A stretch of DNA of 64,000 nucleotides. Source: Mobula hypostoma. Taxonomy: Eukaryota. Position 1 is the first letter of the stretch. Every line of letters begins with the position of its first letter. The DNA is taken from contig NC_086097.1 in NCBI RefSeq assembly GCF_963921235.1, positions 137,766,001 through 137,830,000 on the forward strand, read 5' to 3'. A model generated the notes under the pieces. That model was not told where the DNA came from and made no database searches. It saw only the letters and a list, made by a program, of their open reading frames with translations. A program made the position numbers and the translations under genes. Positions 12,546-25,820 of this stretch are shown here, in pieces.

Positions 12546-13471
12546 GGGACATTAAACCGAGGTACTTCAGACTTCAAACAGATTTAAGATTTCACACATC
12601 ATGTAGGAATTGAAGGTTCATTCCCTCTGGTGTCCAATATTCACCTTTCCAGAAACTATCTGTCTGTTATCACGTGGTCATTTTCGGGAAATTGTGCAAC
12701 GTTCATAGTTAGTTGTGTTTCCTACATTACAGCAGTGATCCCACTTCAACAGTACTTTGCATGAACTTTCTTTAGGGCATCCTGCTATTGTGAAAAATGC
12801 AGCCATTGTTTTTTAAAAAATAAATTAATGATCTACTATTGTGCACTTCCGCTATCAGGTTTCTGAAAGGTCCATGAACAGTACCTTGTTATTCCTTTTT
12901 TTCCCACACTATTCATCTCTGTAATTTATTTATCTTTGCACGGTACTGCCTCCACAAAACCACAAATTTCACATTAGAGATTCAAGAGATTCAACAGATG
13001 TTGGAAATCTAGAGCAACAGGCACAAAATGCTGGAGGAACTCAGGCCAGGCAGGTAGGGGAATAAACAGACATTTTGGGCTGAGAACCTTCGTCGAGACT
13101 GGTGTTATCTCATGTCAGGTCATTTAATTTCACAAATCTAAGTCAGTGCTAATAAATCTGATTCTTTTGTGTATACTTCCCCTATAGATGTTTGATCTCA
13201 TTTGTGCTCAACAGTTTTGTGTAGAAAATCTTGTAGCAAAGCAGACTGCTTTTTGCAAGTTCAAGAGTAAAGTAAGAATTTTAGAACTTCAACTTCAGTC
13301 TGGTTTTGTTTTGGAAGGTGGCTTTGAAGTCACTTTCCATTTAACTGGTCGTGGTTTGATGAAGTAACAGTGAAATAGCTCACAATGAAGGTGGTCAATT
13401 TTGCTGCAACTTGCAAGTTTTTTAAATTTTGCTTTTTGTGGCTTTTTCTTCACTTTTGGTTGGTGATTTAG

Positions 13472-13674
13472 GGAAGAAGTTTTCAGGGAGACCAATGAGT
13501 TCCCTACTGACGAACAAGCGTTATGAATTGTTGCACAACTGTGGAATTCAACTGTTGCACATAGGCAGGCCCTTGGCAGCTTTTGAGTGCCTGATGGAGG
13601 CAGTTCAGGTGTACCATTCCAACCCACGTCTGTGGTTAAGGCTGGCAGAGTGTTGCATTGCTGCCAACAAGGGG
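13472..13674 (+). CDS. CNOT10: CNOT10 coding exon: (G)[67 protein letters not shown]
   Basis: TTTAG acceptor, GTGAGT donor; 203 nt. Confidence 0.97.
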
Positions 13675-13777
13675 GTGAGTGGATTACTTCAGATGCTAAC
13701 TATTTTATTTTCTCCTAACTCTTCCCTTATACCTGAATCATCTTGTTAAATTAAACTTCACCATTGTTTTTCTGCAG

Positions 13778-13899
13778 ACGTCAGAACAAGAGACCAGAGG
13801 GCTGCCAAGTAAAAAAGGGATTGTACAATCGATTCTAGGTCAAGGCTATCATCGAAAGATAGTATTGGCATCACAGTCCATGCAGAACACTGTGTACAA
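13778..13899 (+). CDS. CNOT10: CNOT10 coding exon: [40 protein letters not shown](N)
   Basis: CTGCAG acceptor after a 103-nt intron, GTGGGT donor; 122 nt. Confidence 0.97.
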
Positions 13900-15029
13900 G
13901 TGGGTGATCACAGCATGTACATGGGCAATGTTATTTCTATATTGCAATCGGATATAAGTGATTCAACAGTGAACGTGCATCTCAGTATATAAATGACTAA
14001 ACTTACACAATGTTTAGATATTACTTTTTAAAGTATGCAGTCTATCGCCATGGAAACTTTAAAGCTTAAGATTTTAGTGAAGTTAACTTTGTAACATGAT
14101 GGTCTGTGTTCTAGGCAGATGCAATGGTTCTGACTTGTATGTTGGGTCAATAGATTGTTGAGGTGGAATTAGTGTAGGAAAATGGCACTGGAGTAAGTGA
14201 TCAACTGTGTTCTTGATGCTGGACTCTGGGTTGTAATTCTTATGTTCTCCTGTTTTAAATTAGAAAAATTGGACAACGAAATGCTCAACAGACTTGCTTA
14301 TGGGAAATATGAAGTTTCCTGTAATCGGAGACCACACAGTTTAAGTGGTATTTTGCACCAGCTTCCATCAAAATTTTTTTTCTAAAAATCTAACTATTAC
14401 TTCCTTCTGTTTCCTGAACATCCTAGAAAGAGCTGCTGCTGAGCTATTGGGTTTGGGCACCTTGCTAGAATTTTATGGAAGTGTAGTGTTGCATGTTTCT
14501 GGTGGTTGAGGGAGATTAAGTGAGAGATGGGAGTAGAGCCACTCATCTGCAACAGTCATCACAGCTAAGTTTGTCTTCAGTTTCCTTTGGAGGTTGGCTG
14601 TGGTTTGCTGGTTCAAAATTGTGACTTTAACAAAATGACTGAAAACAGCTATCATGGGGGAACGAGTATTTAGTACTTCAAGTTGTCCTCTGCACTGTGC
14701 TGCCTGAAAATAAGGTGGAAGCAAATTAAACAGTACTGTCAAAATGGAATTCGGTAAATGCTTAAGAAGTCTACGGGGCTATTTGGGAGGGAATGGGACT
14801 GACTGAATAGCTCCCTCAAAGAGCTCGTTGTGCAGTATCACTTTGATTCTTCCTTCTCTCAGGTGAGGGTGACTTCGCGATAATGGGCGATGAACCTTGG
14901 GAGTCCGAATATAAAGGCTATGGCAGGTGTTAGGAATAGTGAAGGATACCTTTAAGATTAATATTTAAATATGGACAGGGAAAATAGGAATCCTGTAATT
15001 CACTTGGCTTCCTTTAATGTTTCCCACAG

Positions 15030-15206
15030 TGACGGGCAGTCTTCAGCCATTCCCGTAGCCAGCATGGAGTTTGCGGCCATCTGTCTAAGAAATGCATTGC
15101 TTCTGCTCCCCGAAGATCAACAAGAGATGAAGAAAGATAATGGATTAAGAAATTTCAATCAGTCAGGCAGTAGTGAAACTAACAATGAAAGTGGTGAGAC
15201 ATGCAG
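15030..15206 (+). CDS. CNOT10: CNOT10 coding exon: [38 protein letters not shown]...ETC(S)
   Basis: CCACAG acceptor, GTACAG donor; 177 nt. Confidence 0.96.
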
Positions 15207-16205
15207 GTACAGCACAATGGAAGATGTGTCAGTGGACGAGTAGAGTGGAATTTAATGCACATAGATTTGATGAGCACCCGTGCCCCCCCCCAAAAGGATC
15301 AGTACATGTGTTTAGATAAAAAATATCAGAAGCTAATACATAGACCCATTGTTTCTGTACCTCAACACCCCATATTGGGTGGACACACAATAGTGTCTAT
15401 CACAAACAAGGTTGGAAATATTAATGTGCAGTGCGTTGTGTCTAATAGGTGGGTAGAGGAAGGAGGTAGAAAGTGTGTGTGTGTGTGTATTCGTGTGTTC
15501 AACCTGTCATTTCAATTTCCCATTTTCCCCATTTGACTGTCTTCCGCTGCTGCTTTGCTGAACTCCGAGATGGATGAACAGTGTCTTAAGTTAAGAATCA
15601 GTAAGACCCAAGTTGTCATGATTTCACCAGAAACCCTGTTCTGTTGCCACTCCATTCACCTCCCTCCACAGGAACAAGTATATTAATCCTTTCCTTACTG
15701 TTTTAATGTAACAGCACTTCATCCCTTTCCTTTTACTTCTATTGCCCTTGAGAAGCTTCCTTGAACTACTAGACCTTCTAGTGAATGTGCTTCTACAATG
15801 TTGTTGGGAAGGGAATTGTAGAATTCATTTGTGGCACCCAGGAGTGATATATTTGCAAGAAAACATTTAGAGTAAATTGGAAGAGAGCCTGTCAGTGGTA
15901 GAGTCCGCAAACACAACTGGCCAAATGCTTATAAGTGCTGGAGGTTATAGGCAGGACAGTTATGGAAGCAGCCATACTGACAAGCATTTTGAAAGTGGCG
16001 TACGCTGCAGCCACTGAAGTTGGTGGGGTGGGAAGAGGAAGTTTAGGGTGGTGGATAGGATGACATTTAAGCACAACTGCTTTGTCCTGGACAGTATCGA
16101 ACTGTTGCACTGCCCATGTAAATGAAGAGAATTCCATCACACTCGAGCCTTGTGGCCAGAGAAAGCTCAGATAACATGCTAAAATTATTTTATTCCATCC
16201 TCAAG

Positions 16206-16289
16206 TGGCAAGCCTCATGAAGGGGAGAAATACTTGGTTCCAGGCCCACCGTCATCTCCATCAAGGAAGCAGGAGTTAGACAATTTGAG
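16206..16289 (+). CDS. CNOT10: CNOT10 coding exon: GKPHEGEKYLVPGPPSSPSRKQELDNL(R)
   Basis: TCAAG acceptor, GTGATG donor; 84 nt, phase 2/2; PPSSP.RKQEL.NL motif of CNOT10. Confidence 0.92.
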
Positions 16290-16540
16290 GTGATGATTTT
16301 TTTTTCAATATCTAATCCATTTCTTTAACGTTATTTCGTACAATGTTTTGTATAAATCTGAAGGGTTTGTGCCCTGCAGTGGAAACCAAATTGTTACGGG
16401 GGTGAGAAAACATAGAATATATCCCAAATAGTGGGAATCCAAGTGGAATTAACAACATAAGGTTTTGGACAGATTTTAACTCCAAAGATGGAATATTGTT
16501 GCAGGCTGATTATTTCACAAGTTGCATTCTGTTTTCTCAG

Positions 16541-16654
16541 GTGCTCCATTCTGGCTGGTAGTGCATATGTTGCCCTTGCACTCGGTGACAACCTCATGGC
16601 CTTAAATCATGCAGAGAATCTTCTACAGCAGCCCAAATTGTCTGGATCTCTAAA
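16541..16654 (+). CDS. CNOT10: CNOT10 coding exon: [37 protein letters not shown](K)
   Basis: TCTCAG acceptor, GTAAGT donor; 114 nt. Confidence 0.97.
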
Positions 16655-17348
16655 GTAAGTAACAGGAGATATGCAACCAGGTGGTTATTATTAAAACAGG
16701 ATTGATTGAGCCTTATGAGAAAAGTGCTTCCTTAAACTGTGCCTCTTGGGCGTTCACTTGAAAAGAAACAATAGCCCATTTTCAAATAGTCTTAGTCTTT
16801 CCCCATAGCTCTGAATATTTTTCAAAAGGGAATTACTTTATACAAAAAAGGAAAGCTGCTGTTGAAATTGGAAATGACAATGGGCATTTAAGATTCAGTA
16901 ACTTTAGAGGCGAAAATAGAGACACGGTGATGTTGAGGTGGAATGTAAAGTTAATAGCGTATTGGTTAAGTTAATAGATAGCATTGCAGAGAGGTAAACT
17001 AATGAGGTCCCACATCAGCAGCTGGAGAATTTTAAATGGTTATAATCCAGAGTGAAAATGTATCATGATCAAAATGCAACCAAGATCATAGAATGTGCAA
17101 ATGTCTTAAAGTAAAGTTTGCCATACTAATCCGCAACTGTGGGGTTGATTCCTAAACCGGTCTTTGAATAACCTGCCAAGCCACTGGAAAAAGGACAAAT
17201 GAAGGTTGGCAATAAATGCTGGTCTGCCAATGACATCCACAACCCATAAACAGACAGGGGAGAATCAGGAGGGTGTTGACTGATTGGCGAGGAAGGAAGA
17301 AATTCCCCTGTGTTGTGCAGCCATTCTCTAATGTGTAATTTTGTTTAG

Positions 17349-17479
17349 GTTTCTAGGTCACTTGTATGCAGCAGAATCCCTCATCTCGCTGGACAGAATC
17401 TCTGATGCCATCACTCATTTGAATCCTGAAAATGTTACTGATGTGTTCTTGGGAGTTTCTTCAAATGAACAGGACCAAG
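17349..17479 (+). CDS. CNOT10: CNOT10 coding exon: [43 protein letters not shown](G)
   Basis: TTTAG acceptor, GTAAAT donor; 131 nt. Confidence 0.97.
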
Positions 17480-19217
17480 GTAAATAATTTCAAGTTTTAA
17501 ATATTTACCCACTTGGGAACATATTATATCAGATGCTCTTGTGAAGTATTGCATTTTAAGACCTTTATTCCCCTCCTCATCCAGTAGAGTTTTGGAATGG
17601 TACCACACAGAATACTGGAATGAACTATTGATTAACAGCAATCCCTGCTCTTTCCCCATAGTCCTGCATTCTTCCTTCCTCTGTTACAAGTATTTTTCCA
17701 GCTCTCTTCTGAGAAATTCTAAAAAGAATATTCTACTTCCTTACTTGGCAGGAAGTTTCAGTTTGCAAGTCACTGTTTTAAATAAGAAGATAAATCTTAT
17801 ACCCTTTTTATTCCACTTTACTGAAATCTGTCTTTATGCCATTTGAAGTAATTTTCAATCCAATCTAATCTCCCCTTGATCTCACCTACTCCAGGAAGAA
17901 CAACTCCAGCTTCTCTAGTCTCTAGACGACTAAAGTCCATCATTCTGGGGGCAATTTCTGTAATCTAGTCTGCATCCCTTCCAAAGCATTGCCATTCTTC
18001 CTAAAGTGTAGGTTGAGACTTAAATTAATTGATTTCTTGGGAGTAGTTGAAGCAAGCTTTCACCATTATTCAAACACTTCCTGAAAATACTTTCCATCTG
18101 TTATTTCTCTTTGATATGTAGTTTTTTTTCAACAAAAGGTAACATGTAAAAGATTTTTTAAAAATTGAAAAAAATGAGTATAATTTTCCCTAAAATTGTC
18201 TGAATTTCCCTAAAATGCTGTCTGAAATGTATTTTATAAGCTTATGGAGTTGATTATTGTTGGAGGTTTTTGGAATGAAGCAATTTGCCCTGAATCAATG
18301 GTTCATGTTCAGTAACTGCAGATATCAGCAGCTAATCCCTAACCAGGGTACTCGTTTAGTGACTAGCTCCTCTCTGATTTTAGCAAATAAATCTACATGT
18401 CCTCTTATCATGCTTCTGGTACTCCGTCTTCACTTCACACTCTCTCACCTCCTGTCTACTCCCATTTCTCTTACAAGAGCTCTGATATATTTCGTGTTTC
18501 TAGGGCCTGCACCTCTGACTTCAGAAATTGCAAATCCGTTGTGATTACTCCTAGTTTTAGACATGGTTCCAAATGTGACATATCCAGATACAAAAGTTAC
18601 AACTATGTCTTCCCAGTGATCCTAGTAGTCCTCTCCGTCTTCTGACACTGGTAACCCTAGGACACTCATGCTTCATCCGAGTAATTGGTCTTTGGCCTCT
18701 AATGTTAAATTTTTATGTGGCTGTTGGTTGCTGCATGACATCTGTTTCCATTGACGTATCCCCAGGCAGTCATTCAACTAGATGTCATGAGTTTAGTCCC
18801 AGTGACTAAAAATGAACTTCTCTTCCTTTTCCACACTTCACACCTGCCTCCAGTTATAGCCAAATCTAAATTCTCTTCTCCATATTATTTTCTAAAATGA
18901 ATTTTCAGGAGTTGCTGAAGTTCATCTGGGGACGGTGCTCTCTCAATATTGGGGAGCATATTCCAGTAATGAAGTTGAGGGCAGATATTTGTCCAGGTTG
19001 TAATGGTTCTGATTCTGAGGATCTTCTGGGTGTACTGCCCTTGCCTTTCCACATTCTGGGTTTGGGAGGTGATATGTAAGTTTATAATTCACCACATTTT
19101 GTGTCAAGACTAGAATAATCTTCAGTTTGAAGAATGGCATTGCAGCAATTAAATTGACACAAATTCTGTTTGCTTGAAAGGAGACGTGAATTGAGACATT
19201 TTGGCATTTCTTTTCAG

Positions 19218-19253
19218 GTTCTGACCGAGGAGAAAATGAACAGATGGAAAGCT
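19218..19253 (+). CDS. CNOT10: CNOT10 36-nt coding mini-exon: (G)SDRGENEQMES(S)
   Basis: TTTTCAG acceptor, GTAAGT donor; symmetric phase 1/1; resembles GSDKGENEAMESS of mammalian CNOT10. Confidence 0.93.
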
Positions 19254-20246
19254 GTAAGTGTACATTAATAAAAAAAAAAAAAATCACATCTAGAAACATG
19301 AATGCCATTGTTAGAATCAGAAATAAAATTAGAAACTGCTGAAACCATTCACCCCGTCAGACATTATTTGTAGAGTAAAGCAGAGCTGATATTTTGTGTT
19401 GGTGACCTCCCATCAGAATGGGAAGATGGTCAGAGATTTTCCAGTTTTTGAGTGTAGAGCCAGGTTAAGAGTAGTGTCTCAGAGCTGATGTGAAGCAGTA
19501 AAGAAAGAATAATTGCAGAAGTCTCTGTTGGAAAATCGGAAAATAGAAAATGATTCTAAATAGTCTGATTCTTAAAAAAAAAATGCTAAAGCATTTTATG
19601 GCTCAAAGGCTTTGAGTGTTGCGGCTTTTAAATACTAACTAGGAATATCTTGAGCTACCTGCATTGGTGTAATATATAAAATGGGTGGTTGTGTGAAGCA
19701 TAAAATGCCTGTAATTGATTTTGTATGTTGGATTTCTTGCATTATCAGGTAGCAACCGTATAATTTAAGAGTTTATAAATATGTTAATGTTTGGTTTACA
19801 CAATCACTTGCTGACTGATCTATCTGGCTTCCAGTTTTTCTGTCCCTTGGTTTATAATTTCATTCTTTTGATCAAATCCTTAATGACTTCAACTTTTCCT
19901 ATCTTTGGACCTCCTCTGCTCTCCAATCTCTGATCTCTGCACTTCTCTCTTGTGCATTCTGACTTTAATCTCTCTGCCACTGACCCTCTTACCTCCAGTT
20001 ATTTTAGCCCCAAACTATGGAAGACTTCCCCACAGCACTTTTTCCTTCAAATACTGCGCAACCCCAAGTATTTGAATACCTACCTTGTAGAAGTGGCTCA
20101 GTCTCAGATTTGGTTTAAGAGATTAAAGAAGATATAGGAATGCAAATGTTGAGTGCTTAAGGACATGTCTCTAGTAGGCTCATCTAGTTGTTCATCAGGT
20201 TTTATTTAGTTTGATACAGTGCAATGGAGAATATTACAGCTGAAGG

Positions 20247-21007
20247 CTGTGGATTCCGGTTAATCGGGGCAGGCACTTATTTGGGACAACTCTTAAAGGA
20301 CAGAAATTTAAAGAGAACATTGCCGGGATTCCCTTTGTTAATTTGGGACACTATGCCGCTTAATTGGGCAGGAGACTGTTGCCGAACAAGTTCTAACAGT
20401 CACACCCATCTGTGTGGCTGCTGGGCATTACACTGCTTAGAGCAATCAGTTTTTAAATAGCATCAGTTACATCTGCGTTTGTGTTCATAAAGCAGTGATG
20501 TTTGTCACTGATAGTTGGTGAGGAATAAGCAGTTAGACAATTGAGAACGGTTTTGCTCACTGTGGTTTCAAACATTCAGGCTTGGAGATGTCAGAAACGG
20601 CCAAGAGTGAAAATGAAACAATTTCACTACTTCAACAAATTAGGAACTACAAAGACTTTGAAGGTATCGACAATATATTTAATATTACAATGGAAATGAA
20701 GATCTGGAGGTTGCAATCGGTGATAGCATTGTATGAAGGCAGTCCATTAGCTGCACTGGTTTTGTTCATTGCATACAATGGATGAATTTCTCCATCAGTT
20801 ACTATTAGGAACTAATAGAGGGTTTTATAGTGTACAGTTCTATTGGTAATGTTCTAACTTGTTCTGTATTTCAATTAAATACACAATTTGTTACTCAGTT
20901 TGTCTGTTTTATACCTTTTTAATTATTTCCATGAAAGTTTGGCTAAATTGGGGAAGGTGGCCAAAATGTAGTGGTTGTGATGTGTCTCAATTTACCAGAA
21001 TCCACTG
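20247..21007. mobile_element. Tc1/mariner (pogo/Tigger-like) non-autonomous DNA transposon
   Basis: Imperfect 25-bp terminal inverted repeats, ctgtggattccggttaatcggggca and tgtctcaatttaccagaatccactg. TA follows the right end; the left TA is degenerate. No transposase ORF. Confidence 0.8.
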
Positions 21008-22276
21008 TATTTAATAAATTCATGAATGAGGAGGCACATAGCTAAATTAATCCTACTTCTGCCATCAGACCTGCAGGCTGCAACTGTTCAAATACATGTT
21101 AGAGTACAGTTTTAATGTGATAAGGGCTTCTCTATCTCCCATTCCTTTGGACAGAGAGTTCTAGACCCCTACCAATTGATATATATCACAATAGACATGG
21201 TTGGTGAATAGAGCATTGCAGAATTCCAATGGTGTCAGGCTTCCAGTCATACACACCTATAAATCAGCCCTATTTCCTGTCCTCAACCAAGTTCAGATCC
21301 AATTTGCCCCCTCATTTGAATCCCATGGAATTTACTTATTGAACAGTTATGTATTAAAACAGTCATGGATTAGAATCCATGTTGATAACATCAAATTTTA
21401 CTATGCTATTTCTTTGTTGTTACCTTTTCAAAGAATCAAATTAGTCACACCTAACCTTCCGTTAACAAACTTTATTAGCAATGTCCACATCAGCAGTCGT
21501 CAGTTCCTCTGGCATTGCTTAAATTGGCCAAAGAGAATTGAAAAAAATTTTGAATTAGTCTTTTCAATTTCTTCTCTTGCTGTTTTTAACAGATACATGA
21601 ATTCCAACCTAGTAGTTTGTCCATTTAATGAATATGTAAACTGCTTAATCTTCATCTTTAAGTGTTTATCATATTCAGTAATGCATAACAACATCACTGA
21701 CAATTCCTCATTAAAGCGTTTGCAAAATATTCATTCAGCACCTTGTTCACGTTCCCCTACCTCCACACTTTATTGATTGATTGGTTCCTAATGGGCCTTA
21801 ATCTTTCATTCATTGTCCCGTTGCATATAATGTAATTAAAAAAAAGCCTTCAGCTGTTACTTTTCTAAAGACTCTTTGATTTCATTCTTTCCACTTAATT
21901 TTTGTTCTGACACTCTCTGTATTCTTCCAGACTTCCTGCTCCATTAAGCAATGTATATATTTCTCCAACTAAGCCAGGCTGCGTGTCCCGTAAAAGTCAG
22001 GATCTCGATTCATACATTAATATGTTTGTTACTGTACATACTATAGTTGGCACAAATTATATCTTTCTGAACACTTAAATTTGTATTTTCCCTCCACTGA
22101 GTGATTACCAGAATACTTCCAATGAGATTAAATTAGATTGAATTGCATTCTGTTGATTCTATACTTTCTAGCCAGATTCTGATTTTTCTGAAATGATTTA
22201 AGTAATGATTTACAGACAGTCGTCAACAAACAGATTAGAAGCTAACGTGCTCTTCTAAATTTTGTGTATTCACCAG

Positions 22277-22404
22277 CTGGGAAACAGATACTGCAGTGTT
22301 ACCCTAATTCCGTTACATCAGCTCGTGCAATGATGCTCTTTAACCTTGGCAGTGCATATTGTCTACGCAGTGAATATGACAAGGCACGCAAGTGTCTTCA
22401 TCAG
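22277..22404 (+). CDS. CNOT10: CNOT10 coding exon: [42 protein letters not shown]
   Basis: CACCAG acceptor, GTGAGG donor; 128 nt. Confidence 0.97.
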
Positions 22405-24139
22405 GTGAGGAAGCAAGAGCATGTCATTTTTTTTTAACTGCGCCATCCAAATCCTTAAGTGGAAGCTGTGGTCTGAGAGGTCGTTCTTTTACTTGCTGGA
22501 AAAGTTCCTGTATGGTTGTCACCAGACTGCTGGTGTGAAGTGGGGGGGAAGGTAGTGGGGTGTGGAGATACGTTTCAATCCTTATTTTGAACTTTGATTC
22601 TCTTTTAAGATTTTTTGCATTCCACAAGAAAGAAATTAGTGTTCTTTAGCTCATTGCCTTCATGAAGGTTGCAAAGGATTTTAAGATTAGTCACCACTTG
22701 TACTGGGCACTCCTGAATGAAATTTGATATATTTGTTAATCTTGTTCTTCAGTAAAATGTATTTGTTTCCTTACTGACTATAATCTCATTTTATATCTGC
22801 ATGTTTTATTTTTGTTAACTGCCCATCTACTCGGGGAGTTGAGGATCTGCCTTCCTGAAAACTTTGCTCCTGCACTTTAACCCAGTGTTTTGATTCTGCT
22901 ATCTGATGACTGATATCCCATTTGAGCGTACTAATATGTACAGTTTCTGTCAAGGATAATAGTAAGTGGTTGTGTGGTCCTTTATGCTTTTACTGATTAT
23001 CTGAGTGAATTGCTCGGTCTCCTACTCTGCTTTTGGATGGAAATTCTGTGATTTGAAAATTAGTTTTCCTTTCTTCAATCTTTATCCACTTGAATTTATT
23101 TTCAATTTCCAGCCAATCATTCTAAATCCTAATGATTGACATTGGAGGAAAATGTTGTTTAACCTTCGTTTGAGATAACTTCAAGATGTGTGGCATTTGA
23201 ATGTCCCTCCACAACAGTCACAGATCACTACAATGCGCTCGTGACCAAACTGCAGCATGTGTACCCAGGCTCTGCCAAATGTTAGGACTGTCTTGTTGGT
23301 CACTAAAGCCCAGGCTTGTTGCTGTAGCCCATTTCTCCGAATATAGCATTACCTACATTGAACTGGTATATCTCACACAACAATTTTCTATGTTTTCCCT
23401 GCTGTGGGGGAAAGAAAGCAAATTAAATCCCATTTAAATTAAAATAACAGATAAAATCATCTCACTTCTTTACATCATTCATCGGATAACAAACAGGCTT
23501 GTGGTATTGGATTCCTAGTCAGTATAGACACTAGCCAGTAAAAAAAAAATCCTGGAATGAATTGTATGTGTGTTAACCTCTGGTGATACAAATCCTTATC
23601 CCTGTGGTTTCCCAATAGCTGCTGTCTGCCAATCTGAGAAACTTAAGTTTAGCGTAATTCTTTGCTTTCTGGATTTCAGCTATTTCTCCACTTGTTTATA
23701 TCATGGGCTGGCAACTTCCCATCTAATTTGTATGATATTTTATCAGATGTCTGTATGAACCATATTACCTATTTAATTTGTAATTTCCACTATTTCCTCA
23801 GTATATTTCAGTAACTTTAGAATATTTAGATCTTATCTATTTTGTTTTTTTGATCAGTGTCTTTCTCAGTGTTTTGATTTTATCGAATAAGGTTTCTTAC
23901 AATTGACACACTATTAGCTTCTCGGTGTTTAATCACTCAAAGAGTTGAACTGCATGTGCATATAACGAGAGCTTTTAATATTTAACTACCCTCAAATCTT
24001 TTGCATACTTTTTGTCAATTGAATTTTTAAATATAATGTTCAGTCTCTGTTTCACTGGCCTTTTGGAATTCTGGGCTGCATACTATTTGTACATGGATGT
24101 TTGAAGCTTGATCCTTGTTTAGACTGACTTGTTTAGAAA

Positions 24140-24360
24140 TGCAGTGTAGTAGCAGGCCTTTCTGCCACAATAAGCCCGCACTATCCAGTTACACCCATGT
24201 GACCAGTTAACCCATTAACATGGAACGTGGGAGGAAACCAGAACACCTGGAGAAAACCCACGCATTCACAGGGAGAATGTACAAACTCTTTGCGGACAGT
24301 GGCAGAATTGGCGCTGTTACAGTGTACGTTAACATTAACCGCTGGACTACCATGTCGGCC
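24140..24360 (-). mobile_element. V-SINE
   Basis: gtgggaggaaaccagaacacctggagaaaacccacgca...gtacaaactc is the reverse-complement V-domain. Confidence 0.8.
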
Positions 24361-24413
24361 TTGTGCTGATCAGTGGAACCCAATGAAAATAGTCTTGTCT
24401 GAATGAACAAATA

Positions 24414-25338
24414 CAGTCGGCCCTCCTTATCCATGAGTTCCGCATGCGCGAATTCAACCAACCACGAATCGAGAAAACCCAGAAATGCTTTTCCAGCACT
24501 TGTTGTTCGAACATGTACGGACTTTTTTTTCTTGTCATTATTCCCTAAACAATGCAGTAAAACAACTATTTTACATGGCATTTACATTGTATTAGGTATT
24601 ATAAGTAATCTAGAGATGAGTTAAAGTATAATGGAGGATGTGTGTAGGTTATCGTGCATCGGGATCGAGAAAAAAAACCCCACAAGTTCCCTTACTAAGT
24701 AAGTTGGACCAGGTACATCCAATATTAATTAGCGTCAGTTAGTCAAATGTTTGTCTTAGTATATAGTATATATTTTACCTTTCTATGCATATAAAACACT
24801 TAAGAAACGTATGTTTCAGTGCCGGGCTCGGGAACGGAAATTCCCAAGTTCGATCCAGTGACAGACCACTCCTGAGCACGCTTTCCATCTGTGCTGGGTT
24901 GGTTGATGTGCAGGATCAAAAACCCAAAACCCAATAATTAAACCACTGCGTTGCTTAGTAATAATTGTAGCTTTCATCGGGGCAGGGCCTTTCTCACTTT
25001 ATCCTTTAAAGTTGTTCCAATCGTTGACCGACTGTAGCCTAAGGCTTTTCCAATGACCGATGGCATTTCATCTCTTTCCGATCGCTTTTGTTATTTCCAC
25101 TTTATTTTAAATGGTGATTGTGATTATTTTCGTGAACAGAAACACTGTGGATTCAGAGCTCCACCGCCGGGTCCTAATGTCCACTTCACTGAGACATGTT
25201 AAATAAGGTCCGGGGTTCCACTGGGTCCTAAGGTCCACCACATTTAGACAGGTTGAATAAGGGACTTGAGCATCTGTGTTTTTTGGTATCCGTGAGGGGT
25301 CCCGGAACCAATCCTTCGCGGGTAAGGAGGGCCAACTG
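24414..25338. mobile_element. Tigger/MER2-like MITE with TA target-site duplication
   Basis: TIRs cagtcggccctccttatcc and gggtaaggagggccaactg, with TA at 24412-24413 and 25339-25340. Internal motif tttacattgtattaggtattataagtaatctagagatga. Confidence 0.9.
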
Positions 25339-25678
25339 TAACGTATTCTCCTACTGCACTATTGTAATTTGTTCACTTTTGAATATACTGCTTTATTTAA
25401 TGAAGTTGATAATTTTTTAATTCATTTGGCAGTTTTTTGTCTTTTCCATCTCATATTCATCTTCCCACTGATCTCAAATTTTCTACTTGTAAATGTTTCT
25501 AGTGCCTTTTTTTTTAAGTGGATTGCAAATGTACTAACATGACTCAAAGTATTTACTGTTTGAGCTTTCAGGAAGTCCTTAATGAAGTGCTTCAGTTTTA
25601 ATATATCCTTTTCTAAGCAAGTCTGTCAACATTGTAATTGGGCACTAGCTCATTTGTGTTTTCCTTTATCAATTGAAG

Positions 25679-25754
25679 GCTGCATCAATGATTAGTCCCA
25701 AAGAGATTCCACCAGAAGGCATCTTACTGGCTGTTTATCTTGAGCTACAGAATG
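25679..25754 (+). CDS. CNOT10: CNOT10 coding exon: [25 protein letters not shown](G)
   Basis: GAAG acceptor after a pyrimidine tract, GTAAGT donor; 76 nt. Confidence 0.96.
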
Positions 25755-25820
25755 GTAAGTTTGTGTTTGATAATGATCTCTAAGGTTGCAGTGTGTAGAA
25801 ATTGGAGTAACTTTTTTATT

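Noticed and set aside
18184..18226. Short tandem duplication (tttccctaaaat..tgtctgaa x2), and the (TG)n run at ~15473-15488
   Set aside because: Ordinary slippage repeats with no sign of function.
21201..21776. 191-aa intronic ORF
   Set aside because: Non-ATG start, AT-rich low-information sequence, no recognisable domain, and not needed for the CNOT10 frame.
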